From positions 3,744,001-3,808,000 of the forward strand of contig OZ245817.1 in the NCBI GenBank assembly GCA_965228475.1: DNA of 64,000 nt, in the 5' to 3' direction. The notes under the pieces were generated by a model. The model made no database searches, had not been told where the DNA came from, and saw nothing but the letters and a program-made list of their open reading frames with translations. The position numbers and the translations under genes were made by a program. Source of the DNA: Myxococcota bacterium (lineage in GTDB: Bacteria; Myxococcota_A; UBA9160; JAFDDA01). Below, piece by piece: positions 52,371 through 60,642 of this stretch; positions within the stretch are counted from its first letter, which is position 1; every line of letters begins with the position of its first letter.

Positions 52371-52499
52371 TCGGGGTTCCCTGCTCGTCGCTGCGGGCCG
52401 GCTCGATCCGACCTCCGAGCTTCCGAGTTAGCCACCCCTTCCGAGGGGGTCAAGCAAGGCGCCAGCGTGGGCGTGCTACCGGTCGAGGGGGAGGATGCC

Positions 52500-53264
52500 A
52501 TGACCGTCCACTACGAAGCCGAGGCGCCGATCGCCATCATCACCCTCGACCGCCCGGAGGTCCGCAACGCCGTCGACTCGGCCACCGCGGAGGCGCTCGC
52601 AGCGGCCTTCCGGCGTTTCGAATCCGACGACGACCTGGTCGCCGCCGTCTTGACCGGCGCCGCGGGAACGTTCTGCGCGGGCGCCGATCTCAAGGCGGTC
52701 TCCGCCGGCCGGGGCAACCCGGTCCGCGAAGAGGGCGACGGCCCCATGGGCCCGACGCGGATGCGGCTCGACAAGCCGGTCATCGCCGCCGTCGAGGGGC
52801 ACGCCGTGGCCGGCGGCCTCGAGCTGGCGCTCTGGTGCGATCTCCGCGTCGCGGCCGAAGATGCGATCTTCGGGGTCTACTGCCGGCGCTGGGGCGTACC
52901 GCTGATCGATGGCGGCACCGTCCGGCTCCCGCGCATCGTCGGCGAGGGAAACGCGCTCGACCTGATCCTCACGGGCCGGCCGGTCTCCGGCGACGAGGCC
53001 CTGCGGATGGGCCTGGTGAACCGCCTGGTCGCGCCGGGAGCGGCCCTCGCCGCCGCCCGCGAACTCGCCGCGAGCCTCGCCGCCTTCCCCCAGCGCTGCC
53101 TGCGAAGCGACCGCCGCTCGGCGATCGACCAGCACGGCCTGCCGCTCGCCGACGCGATCCGCAACGAGTTCCGCCAGGGCATCGAAGTGATCGAATCGGG
53201 CGAGACGCGCGAGGGCGCCAGCCGCTTCGCCGGCGGCGCGGGCCGGCATGGCCGATTCGAGTGA
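52500..53264 (+). CDS. Crotonase/enoyl-CoA hydratase family protein
   Basis: LDRPEVRNAVD, FCAGADL, KPVIAAVEGHAVAGGLELALWCDLR, GVPLIDGG; GGGGAGG RBS. Confidence 0.93.
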   Translation: MTVHYEAEAPIAIITLDRPEVRNAVDSATAEALAAAFRRFESDDDLVAAVLTGAAGTFCAGADLKAVSAGRGNPVREEGDGPMGPTRMRLDKPVIAAVEGHAVAGGLELALWCDLRVAAEDAIFGVYCRRWGVPLIDGGTVRLPRIVGEGNALDLILTGRPVSGDEALRMGLVNRLVAPGAALAAARELAASLAAFPQRCLRSDRRSAIDQHGLPLADAIRNEFRQGIEVIESGETREGASRFAGGAGRHGRFE

Positions 53265-53365
53265 CCCCGGATGGGCTATTCCTGAGGATTCAAAGAGGAA
53301 TGACCCATCGCATTCAATCCCTAAGTTGCAGATTAAAAAGGGATATGTGTCCTTCATCCGAAATT

Positions 53366-53382
53366 GATTGAATGACTCAATC
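53366..53382. promoter_or_regulatory. Palindromic operator upstream of a TetR gene in an AT-rich intergenic segment
   Basis: GATTGA-ATGAC-TCAATC, 19 nt before ATG 53402. Confidence 0.6.
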
Positions 53383-53401
53383 GATCGGGTAACCAGAGGA
53401 C

Positions 53402-54121
53402 ATGGCGCGTCCCCGGAGCCAGGAAACCCTCGAACGCCTGCAGGAGGCTGCTCTATGGGTTTTTGCCCACGACGGCATCCACAGCGCCCGCATGGGCGAG
53501 GTGGCGAAGCGGGCCGGGATCGCCCACGGCACGGTCTACGGCTACGTCGCCGGGAAGGAGGCCCTCCTCTGGCTGGCCCTGCGCGTGGGCGACCTGCCGC
53601 GCCTGGCCGAGCTCCCGCTCCGCGAACCCGGCCGCCGCGCCCTCGAATCGACCGTCGAGAAGCGGGCGCACGCCCTTCATGCCCTGCCTCCCCTCGAACG
53701 GGCCCTCGACCGCGCCGGCACCCCGGCCGGGCCCGAGGAGCTCGGACACATTCTCGCGGACCACTACGACCGGGCTCGGCGAACCGCCCGGGAACTCGCC
53801 TTCCTCGAGCGGGCGGCGCAGGAACGCCCGCTCGTCCGGCGCCATCTTCACCGGGAACGGGCGGCGCTCCTGGATCGCATGCAGCGCTACCTCGAGAGCC
53901 GCATCGCGCTCGGCTGGGTGGAGCCCGTGGGCGATGCGCGCGTCGCGGGGCGCGTGGCGCTCGATGCCGTCGCCCACTGCGCGCGGCGTCACGAAGAGGA
54001 GCCGGACCCGGTGTTCCGGCCAGACTCCGTGGCCCGGGAGACCGTCGTCACCCTGGCCGCGCGCGGCCTGCTCGCCCAGGCGTCGCGGCCACCGTCGACG
54101 GGCGGCGCTTCGGTCCACTAG
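53402..54121 (+). CDS. TetR/AcrR family transcriptional regulator
   Basis: MARPRS...AALWVFAHDG...MGEVAKRAGIAHGTVYGYVAGKEALL. Confidence 0.88.
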   Translation: MARPRSQETLERLQEAALWVFAHDGIHSARMGEVAKRAGIAHGTVYGYVAGKEALLWLALRVGDLPRLAELPLREPGRRALESTVEKRAHALHALPPLERALDRAGTPAGPEELGHILADHYDRARRTARELAFLERAAQERPLVRRHLHRERAALLDRMQRYLESRIALGWVEPVGDARVAGRVALDAVAHCARRHEEEPDPVFRPDSVARETVVTLAARGLLAQASRPPSTGGASVH

Positions 54122-54182
54122 GGCGCTTCTCGGAGTCACCAGAGGCTCGGCGGTGTAGGATGCAGCCGCGCCCGGAGGCCCC

Positions 54183-55133
54183 ATGTCCCGACCGTTCCGC
54201 TTTGGTGTCCAGCTCTCCACCCTGCCCGCCGAAGGCTGGGCCGAACGGCTCCGCACGATCGAAGCCCTCGGCTACTCGACGGTCTTCGTTCCGGATCACT
54301 TCGGCCCCCAGTGGGAACCGGCGACCACCCTCGCCGCGGCGGCCGCCGTCACGGAGCGCCTGAACGTGGGTTCGCTGGTCTACGACGTCGACTACCGGCA
54401 CCCGGTGATCCTCGCCAAGGCCGCGGCCACGACCCACGTGCTTTCCGGCGGGCGCCACGAGTTCGGCCTCGGCGCGGGCTGGATGGAGTCCGACTACGTC
54501 GAAGCCGGCATGACCTACGACCGCCCCGGGATCCGCATCTCGCGCCTCGAAGAGGCGCTGCAGATCGTTCGCAGCATGTGGGCGAACGAGAAGACGAGCT
54601 TCGAAGGCGAGCACTACACGATCCGCGAGATCGCTCGCGCCGTGGATCTTCCGGAGGGGGATGCGCCGCGCGTGCTCGTCGGGGGCGGCGGCAAGCGCGT
54701 CCTGTCGATCGCCGGCCGCTACGCGGACATCGTCGGCATCAACCCGAGCCTCGTCGAGGGGCGCATCACCGCGCAGACCGCTGCGGACCTCGCACCGGAC
54801 AAGGTGAAGGAGAAGGTCGGCTGGGTGCGCGCCGCAGCCGAGAAGGCCGGGCGGGATCCGGAGGCGATCGAACTCAACAGCCTCTCCTTCGTGGTCGCGA
54901 TCGCCGACGACGTCTCGGGCCTGCGCCAGGGGCTCGCCGGAAGCTCCGGCATGACCCCGGAAGAGGTCGCCGACTGCCCGATCTTCCTCACGGGATCGGC
55001 GGCGGAACTGCGCGACCGGCTCGAAGCCCGGAGGGAGCAGACCGGCATCAGCTACGTCGTGATCCCCGGCAAGGACCTGGCCGTCCTCGAGCAGTTCGCC
55101 GAGGCCGTGGTGGAGCCGCTCGCCGGCAAGTAG
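54183..55133 (+). CDS. LLM-class (probably F420-dependent) oxidoreductase
   Basis: RPFRFGVQ, VPDHF, YRHPVILAKAAAT...SGGR.EFGLGAGW, VGGGGKRVL..A.RYADIVG. Confidence 0.88.
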   Translation: MSRPFRFGVQLSTLPAEGWAERLRTIEALGYSTVFVPDHFGPQWEPATTLAAAAAVTERLNVGSLVYDVDYRHPVILAKAAATTHVLSGGRHEFGLGAGWMESDYVEAGMTYDRPGIRISRLEEALQIVRSMWANEKTSFEGEHYTIREIARAVDLPEGDAPRVLVGGGGKRVLSIAGRYADIVGINPSLVEGRITAQTAADLAPDKVKEKVGWVRAAAEKAGRDPEAIELNSLSFVVAIADDVSGLRQGLAGSSGMTPEEVADCPIFLTGSAAELRDRLEARREQTGISYVVIPGKDLAVLEQFAEAVVEPLAGK

Positions 55134-55150
55134 GAGCCCGGCCCGGAGCG

Positions 55151-56506
55151 CTAGCGGGCGAAACGGACCTTCACCCAGACGCGGTCGTTCGAATCGTACT
55201 GGCCGAAGACGCCGGCACCGTTGCCATAGAAGAAATCCGCGCCGAGCGAGAGCTCCGTATCGTCCCGCCACTCCCAGGCGACGCGCGGGCGCACGAGGCC
55301 GTCGCGGTCGTTCCAGCTCTGGATCACCTGGAGCTCGAGCTGCAGCCGATCGTTCAGGAAGTCGCGCTGAACCACCAGCGTCACGTTCGTGTCGAGCGAC
55401 TTCCGCAGCATCGTGCTGCGATGCCCCGGCAGCCAGCTCTGGAACACCTGCAGCGAGACGAAGGTCTCCTCGAAGCCGAACCAGTCGAAGCCGAACATCC
55501 AGCCGACGTCCGCGGTCTCCGCGATGCCGTCGCGATCGGTGGCGTCGTCGACGGGGAGGTAGCGGTCGAGGGCTAGAGCCACCTCGCTGCGAACCGTGAG
55601 GTGACCGAAGGCGGTGCTCGCCGAACCGCCGGCCACGTGCTGCCGCCGGTATTCCGGAAGGAACCGGACGGCGCCGCCCGGCGCGCCGGGAAGCCGCCGG
55701 ACCTGGACCGGGAAGTCGCCGTACTGGTAGAGGTAGTTCAGCGTCCAGTCGATGCCGTGGGCGAAGCCGGAGAGGCGAAGACCCGCGTCGGAATCCTCGA
55801 ACCACTTCGGCGGACGCTTCACCTGGGCCTCGGCGATGGGAATGCCGGGCGGCGGCGGGAGAACGAGGCGCTCGGAGCGGATCGCGAACAGGGCGTCGGC
55901 TTCGGGCAGCTCGTGGTGGGTGGGGTCCGGGATCCAGAGAAGCTGCAGGGTCGTATCGCCCAGGGGCAACGGCAGCTCGGCGTTCACCATCCAGAGCGGA
56001 ATGCGCGAGTCCTCGAAGGCGGGGAGGATGAACTCCCGGAACTGCTGAGGGTTCACGACGTCGAGGAGCTTCAGGCCGTCGGCCTCGCCCCACACGACCT
56101 GCTGTTTGCCGAGGCGCAGGAAGGCGGGCCCGACGCTCGCGTCGAGGTAGAGCTCACGCAGCTCGCCCTCGGCGCTGCTCCCGATGAAGCCTCGCCGGCT
56201 CCAGGCCGAGACCTCGTGCGGAACGGGGGCGCCGGGCTCGAGGCGATCGAAGAAGTCCGCCCGGGCGCGGCCGATGGCCACGAGGTCCATGCCGTGGGGC
56301 AAGGAGATCTCGAGCTCGGGCTGGAGCGTCGCGGCGAGCTCGTGGGTTTCGCCGGTGCCGGTGTCGACGGTCCATTCGAAGTCGAAACGGGTCGAGAAGG
56401 TGAAGCGATCGTGCCAGGCCGCGGCCGACGCCGGGCCGGCCGACGCCAGGATGGAACCGAGGATCAGGGTGCCGACGAAACCCCGAATCCGTACGCATGC
56501 CCCCAT
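55151..56506 (-). CDS. Outer-membrane beta-barrel protein (DUF1302-like)
   Basis: Signal peptide ending ASA; ELRELYLD, LRLGKQQVVWGEADG..LLDVVNP; C-term GVFGQY..NDRVWVKVRF; start 56506 or 56527. Confidence 0.75.
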   Translation of the reverse strand: MGACVRIRGFVGTLILGSILASAGPASAAAWHDRFTFSTRFDFEWTVDTGTGETHELAATLQPELEISLPHGMDLVAIGRARADFFDRLEPGAPVPHEVSAWSRRGFIGSSAEGELRELYLDASVGPAFLRLGKQQVVWGEADGLKLLDVVNPQQFREFILPAFEDSRIPLWMVNAELPLPLGDTTLQLLWIPDPTHHELPEADALFAIRSERLVLPPPPGIPIAEAQVKRPPKWFEDSDAGLRLSGFAHGIDWTLNYLYQYGDFPVQVRRLPGAPGGAVRFLPEYRRQHVAGGSASTAFGHLTVRSEVALALDRYLPVDDATDRDGIAETADVGWMFGFDWFGFEETFVSLQVFQSWLPGHRSTMLRKSLDTNVTLVVQRDFLNDRLQLELQVIQSWNDRDGLVRPRVAWEWRDDTELSLGADFFYGNGAGVFGQYDSNDRVWVKVRFAR

Positions 56507-56643
56507 CGCCGCGATTGCCTCCCCCATTGGCCGCCGGAAGTTACGGTCCCGTGGCCCCACGCGCCCCTGGAACGTTCCTCCCGCCCCGGGGCCGGTCCGG
56601 GCCCGCGTAGACGACCCGCACGCGCCCGCGTAGACTGCCGCGC

Positions 56644-57633
56644 ATGGAGTTGAGCGAGAGCGACCTGCGCCGTTTCGGCGTCGAGCCGAGCGACGAGGCC
56701 CCCCACGCCTTCGACCCCGACGTCGAATGGTGGAATGAGTCCTGGTTCTGGGATTGGTACGACGCACGCGGCGAACGGGCCGGGCACTGCCGCATCGGCA
56801 TCCATCCGAACCAGGACCGACTCTGGGTCTGGTTCTATCTGAAGCACGGCGAAGAGTGGGTCTGCGTCGAGCAGCCGCGCCTTCCGCTCGCGGACTTCGA
56901 CCCGGCACGCCTGGCCTACGAGAGCTTCGGCCTGCGCTTCTCCTGGGACGTCGCCTCGCCGATCCGCCAGGGCCGGCTGCGCTTCGACGGCTTCGGCCGC
57001 GTGCTCTCCGGGCCTCGCACCGGCAGCATGCGCGCGGTCCACGCGGATCTCGAAGCGACCGCCATGGGCCCGCCCCACGCACCGCCGAAGATGGAGGCGA
57101 GCCACGCCTCGCCGAAGTACGGCGCGAGCCGCTTCGAACAGCCCGTCTCCTTCCGTGGCACGACGGGGATCGCGGGGGACGTCACCCCCTTCGAGGGACG
57201 CGGCGAGCGCGACCACTCCTGGGGCCCGCGCCACTGGAACATGAACTGGACCTTCATCGTGCTGAACGGCGAACGCCTGCGCATGCAGGCCGCGGTCGCG
57301 GAGATCCCGAACGCCGGCCGCTTCCCGGGCGGCTACCTCTACCGCGAAGGCTTCGAGGCGCTCTCGGAGGTCGAGCTCGACGTCGAGATCGAGGGACGCC
57401 CCGTGCTCGACCCGGTCGCGGGGAAGTTCCGCGTGGCGACGGAAGCCGGCGAGGCCCTGCGCGGAGAGATCACGAGCCTCTCGGGGGTCGAGATCGACCT
57501 CACCCACACCTTCACGCCTCCCCAGCGCTCGCTCTACCGGCGCGGCCTCATCCGCGTCGCGCTCGAGGGCGAAGCGGAGCCGCTCACGGGCTGGCTCGAG
57601 TTCAACCGCCTGCGCGATGGGGGCGGCGCTTGA
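56644..57633 (+). CDS. Conserved hypothetical beta-rich protein (tocopherol-cyclase/AttH-like)
   Basis: WNESWFWD, RFEQP, GERDHSWGPRHW motifs. Confidence 0.6.
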   Translation: MELSESDLRRFGVEPSDEAPHAFDPDVEWWNESWFWDWYDARGERAGHCRIGIHPNQDRLWVWFYLKHGEEWVCVEQPRLPLADFDPARLAYESFGLRFSWDVASPIRQGRLRFDGFGRVLSGPRTGSMRAVHADLEATAMGPPHAPPKMEASHASPKYGASRFEQPVSFRGTTGIAGDVTPFEGRGERDHSWGPRHWNMNWTFIVLNGERLRMQAAVAEIPNAGRFPGGYLYREGFEALSEVELDVEIEGRPVLDPVAGKFRVATEAGEALRGEITSLSGVEIDLTHTFTPPQRSLYRRGLIRVALEGEAEPLTGWLEFNRLRDGGGA

Positions 57634-58706
57634 CCACCGTCAAGGGACGGGACCTCGAAGCGACGCGCGCGGACTTCGCCGCCTGGCTCAGGCGGACGCT
57701 GCCGGACGCCCGCAACCTCGAGGTCTCCGAACTCACCGCACCGGGCGCCACGGGCTTCTCGAACGACACCCTCTTCTTCGAGCTCGCCTACGACGGCGCC
57801 GAGGGCCGGGTCGAGGAATCGCTCGTCCTCCGCATCCAGCCGACGGAGAACCAGGTCTTCCCGCACTACGACCTCGGCAACCAGATCCGCTGCATGCAGC
57901 TCCTCGAATCCACCGACGTCCCTGTGGCGCGCGTGCTCTGGTACGAGCCCGATTCCGGCACCCTCGGCGCGCCCTTCTACGTCATGGCCCGCATCGAAGG
58001 AAAGATCCCGACGGACAACCCGCCCTACCACGTCGGCGGTTGGGTCACGGAAGCGCCCGAGAGCGAGCGCGCCAGCATGTGGTGGAGCGGGATCGAAGCC
58101 CTCGCCACCATCCATCGCATCGGTTGGCGCGAAGCGGGCTTCGGCTACCTCGACGAGACCGGCGGCGAGCGAACGCCGCTGGCCGTCCAGCTCGACCAGT
58201 ACCGCCGCTTCCTCGCCTGGGCCGCCGGGGGCAAGCCTCAGCCCGTCTGCGACCCGGCCCTCGCCTGGCTCGAGGCCAATGCCCCCGACGGCGAGCCGAC
58301 CACCCTGAACTGGGGCGACGCGCGCATCGGCAACATGATCTTCGCCGAAGGCCGCTGCGCCGCGGTCCTCGACTGGGAGATGGTGACGATCGGAAGCCCC
58401 GAAGCGGACCTCGCCTGGTTCCTCTTCCTCGACGAGCACCACTCGCTGGGCGTGAACGTTCCGCGCCTGCCGGGCTTCCCGTCGAAGGAGGAGAGCGTCG
58501 CGCGCTACGCGGAACTCACGGGCCACACGCCGAGGCACCTGGCCTACTACGAGGCCTTCGCGGCCTTCCGCTTCTCGGTGATCATGATCCGGCTGGCGCA
58601 CCAGTTCAAAGCGCTCGGGATCCTGCCCGAGGAGTCCGACTTCGACGTGAACAACATCCCGAGCCGGATGCTCGCCAAGATGCTGGGGCTTCCCCCGCCG
58701 GGCTGA
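57630..58706 (+). CDS. APH/choline-kinase-like phosphotransferase family protein (ACAD10-N type)
   Basis: GFSNDT, LVLR, GAPFYVM, WGDARIGNMIF, VLDWEM...G.PEADLAW; TTG start overlaps the upstream stop. Confidence 0.88.
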   Translation: MTTVKGRDLEATRADFAAWLRRTLPDARNLEVSELTAPGATGFSNDTLFFELAYDGAEGRVEESLVLRIQPTENQVFPHYDLGNQIRCMQLLESTDVPVARVLWYEPDSGTLGAPFYVMARIEGKIPTDNPPYHVGGWVTEAPESERASMWWSGIEALATIHRIGWREAGFGYLDETGGERTPLAVQLDQYRRFLAWAAGGKPQPVCDPALAWLEANAPDGEPTTLNWGDARIGNMIFAEGRCAAVLDWEMVTIGSPEADLAWFLFLDEHHSLGVNVPRLPGFPSKEESVARYAELTGHTPRHLAYYEAFAAFRFSVIMIRLAHQFKALGILPEESDFDVNNIPSRMLAKMLGLPPPG

Positions 58707-58721
58707 GCGGATCCGCCGAGC

Positions 58722-58777
58722 CCGGCCGAGCGGCCTGGCGGCCTGGCGGCCTGGCGGCCGAGCGGCCTAGCGGCCTA
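58722..58777. repeat. 8-bp tandem repeat (GCGGCC(T/G)(G/A)), about 7 units, overlapping the phoU stop
   Basis: CCGGCCGA GCGGCCTG GCGGCCTG GCGGCCTG GCGGCCGA GCGGCCTA GCGGCCTA. Confidence 0.85.
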
Positions 58778-59429
58778 GCTTGGCCGCGTGCTTGAGGTTG
58801 CGCGCCTCGGCCATCAGCACGACCTCCTCGGCGATGTTCGTGGCGTGGTCACCGACGCGCTCGAGGCTCTCGGCCACGAGGATCAGGTCCACGGCCCCCG
58901 CGGCGCGCGACGGGTCGCTGTTCAGGCGCTCGATCTCCTCGCGCACGAGTTCGTCCTGGAGGTCGTCGATCACGTCGTCGCCGTCGATCACGTCCCGGGC
59001 CTTGCCCGCGTCGAGATCCGAGAGCGAATCGAGCGCGTCCCGCAGGATCGTCTGGACCAGCCCGGCGAGCCGCTTCATCTTCTCTGGATCCTGCACGCCG
59101 GCGACCGCACCGAGCCGCTTCGCGCTGGACGCGATGTTGCGCGCCAGGTCGCCGACCCGCTCGAGGTCCGTCGCGATCATCTTGATGGCGACCACCTTGC
59201 GGAGGTCCTCCGCCAGGGGCGCGCCGAGCGCCAGCGCCTTCAGCACCGCGTCGTCGACCGCCACGTCGAGCCGGTCGATCTCGATGTCGTCGGCCTGGAC
59301 CTCGTCGGCAAGCGCGGAATCCCGGCTGAACAGGGAGCGGATCGACTTCTCGAGGATGGCCTCGGAGCGGCTCCCCATGCGCAGGATCGTCTCTCGTAGG
59401 TCGTTCAGGCGAGGTTCGAACAGTCGCAT
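58767..59429 (-). CDS. phoU: Phosphate signalling protein PhoU
   Basis: DIEIDRL, A.DLR.V, DLERVGDLARNIA, DDVIDDL, LERVGDHATNIAE; GGAGGA RBS. Confidence 0.95.
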   Translation of the reverse strand: MRLFEPRLNDLRETILRMGSRSEAILEKSIRSLFSRDSALADEVQADDIEIDRLDVAVDDAVLKALALGAPLAEDLRKVVAIKMIATDLERVGDLARNIASSAKRLGAVAGVQDPEKMKRLAGLVQTILRDALDSLSDLDAGKARDVIDGDDVIDDLQDELVREEIERLNSDPSRAAGAVDLILVAESLERVGDHATNIAEEVVLMAEARNLKHAAKLGR

Positions 59430-59465
59430 CAGTCCTCCGCCAGCCCGCAGGCTGACCCGAGCCGG

Positions 59466-59507
59466 AGTCTACCCCCGGACCGGGCCGTTTCGTGACGAAA
59501 CGGTGAC
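59466..59507 (-). promoter_or_regulatory. Pho box plus -10 element for phoU
   Basis: Minus strand GTCAC-N6-GTCAC (59507-59492, 11-bp period) and TAGACT at 59471-59466. Confidence 0.7.
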
Positions 59508-59547
59508 GGAAGCGGGGCGGCCGCGAGAAGAACTCCCCCGGGTCTTC

Positions 59548-59596
59548 TTCACGGTTTTGTAACAGATGCGTCGGGCCCGCGTCACCGCACCTTCGC
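59548..59596 (+). promoter_or_regulatory. Pho-box array upstream of pstS
   Basis: TTCAC, GTAAC, GTCGG, GTCAC, TTCGC at exact 11-bp period (59548, 59559, 59570, 59581, 59592). Confidence 0.7.
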
Positions 59597-59673
59597 ACTC
59601 TTGGCGCGCTTTCCGCGAATCGTCCGCGGCCGGATCCGTCCAAATCGAGTCAACACCAAAGGAGAGATGACTC

Positions 59674-60642
59674 ATGCGATTGCGAACTCTTGGTACCGCC
59701 CTGCTCGGTCTGGCCTTCGGCCTCTCGGCCCAGGCTGCCCCCGTCGAGGTGGATCCGGAAATCCCCGGCTACTCCAAGACCAGCGGCGTTTCGGGAAGCC
59801 TGAACTCGATGGGCTCCGACACCCTCAACAACCTGATGACCTTCTGGAGTGAGGGCTTCCGCAAGGAGTACCCGAGCGTCCGGATCCAGGTCGAGGGCAA
59901 GGGCTCGTCCACGGCGCCCCCGGCCCTGATCGAAGGGACGGCCCAGCTCGGCCCGATGAGCCGCGCCATGAAGAGCTCCGAACTCGACGCCTTCGAGAAG
60001 GAGTTCGGTTACCCGCCGACCCAGATCCGCGTGGCGGTCGATGCCCTGGCCGTCTACCTGCACAAGGACAACCCGCTCCAGAAGATGACCCTCGAGCAGG
60101 TGGACGCGGTCTTCAGCAAGACCCGCCGCTGCGGCGGGACCGCCGGAATCGACACCTGGGGCGGCCTCGGCCTCACCGGGGCGTGGGCGAACAAGCCCAT
60201 CCGCCTGTATGGTCGGAACTCGGCTTCGGGCACCTACGGCTACTTCAAGAAAGTGGCCCTGTGCAAGGGCGACTTCCAGGACTCGGTGAAGGAGCAGCCG
60301 GGGTCGGCTTCGGTCGTCCAGGGCGTCACGGAGGACGAGTACGCGATGGGCTACAGCGGAATCGGGTACAAGACCTCGGGCGTGAACGCGCTGGCCCTCG
60401 CGAAGAAGCCGGGCGACGCTTACGGTACCGTGGACCCGGCCGACGTGTACGCGGGCAAGTACCCGCTCGCTCGCTTCCTCTACGTCTACGTCAACAAGCC
60501 GCCGAACTCGCCGGCGGACCCGCTGATGCGCGAGTTCATCCGCTTCGTCCTCTCGAAGCCCGGCCAGGAGATCGTGGTGAAGGACGGATACCTCCCGGTC
60601 GGGAAGTCCATCGTCGATCAGGAACTCGCGAAGCTCCAGTAG
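59674..60642 (+). CDS. pstS: Phosphate ABC transporter substrate-binding protein
   Basis: Signal peptide; GSDTL, GKGSSTAPPAL, MSR, GRNSASGTYGYF, YPLARFLYVY. Confidence 0.96.
   Translation: MRLRTLGTALLGLAFGLSAQAAPVEVDPEIPGYSKTSGVSGSLNSMGSDTLNNLMTFWSEGFRKEYPSVRIQVEGKGSSTAPPALIEGTAQLGPMSRAMKSSELDAFEKEFGYPPTQIRVAVDALAVYLHKDNPLQKMTLEQVDAVFSKTRRCGGTAGIDTWGGLGLTGAWANKPIRLYGRNSASGTYGYFKKVALCKGDFQDSVKEQPGSASVVQGVTEDEYAMGYSGIGYKTSGVNALALAKKPGDAYGTVDPADVYAGKYPLARFLYVYVNKPPNSPADPLMREFIRFVLSKPGQEIVVKDGYLPVGKSIVDQELAKLQ

Noticed and set aside
52434..52450. Small inverted repeat ACCCCTT-CCG-AGGGGGT between pyk and a crotonase gene
   Set aside because: Short, imperfect and single; could be chance in GC-rich DNA
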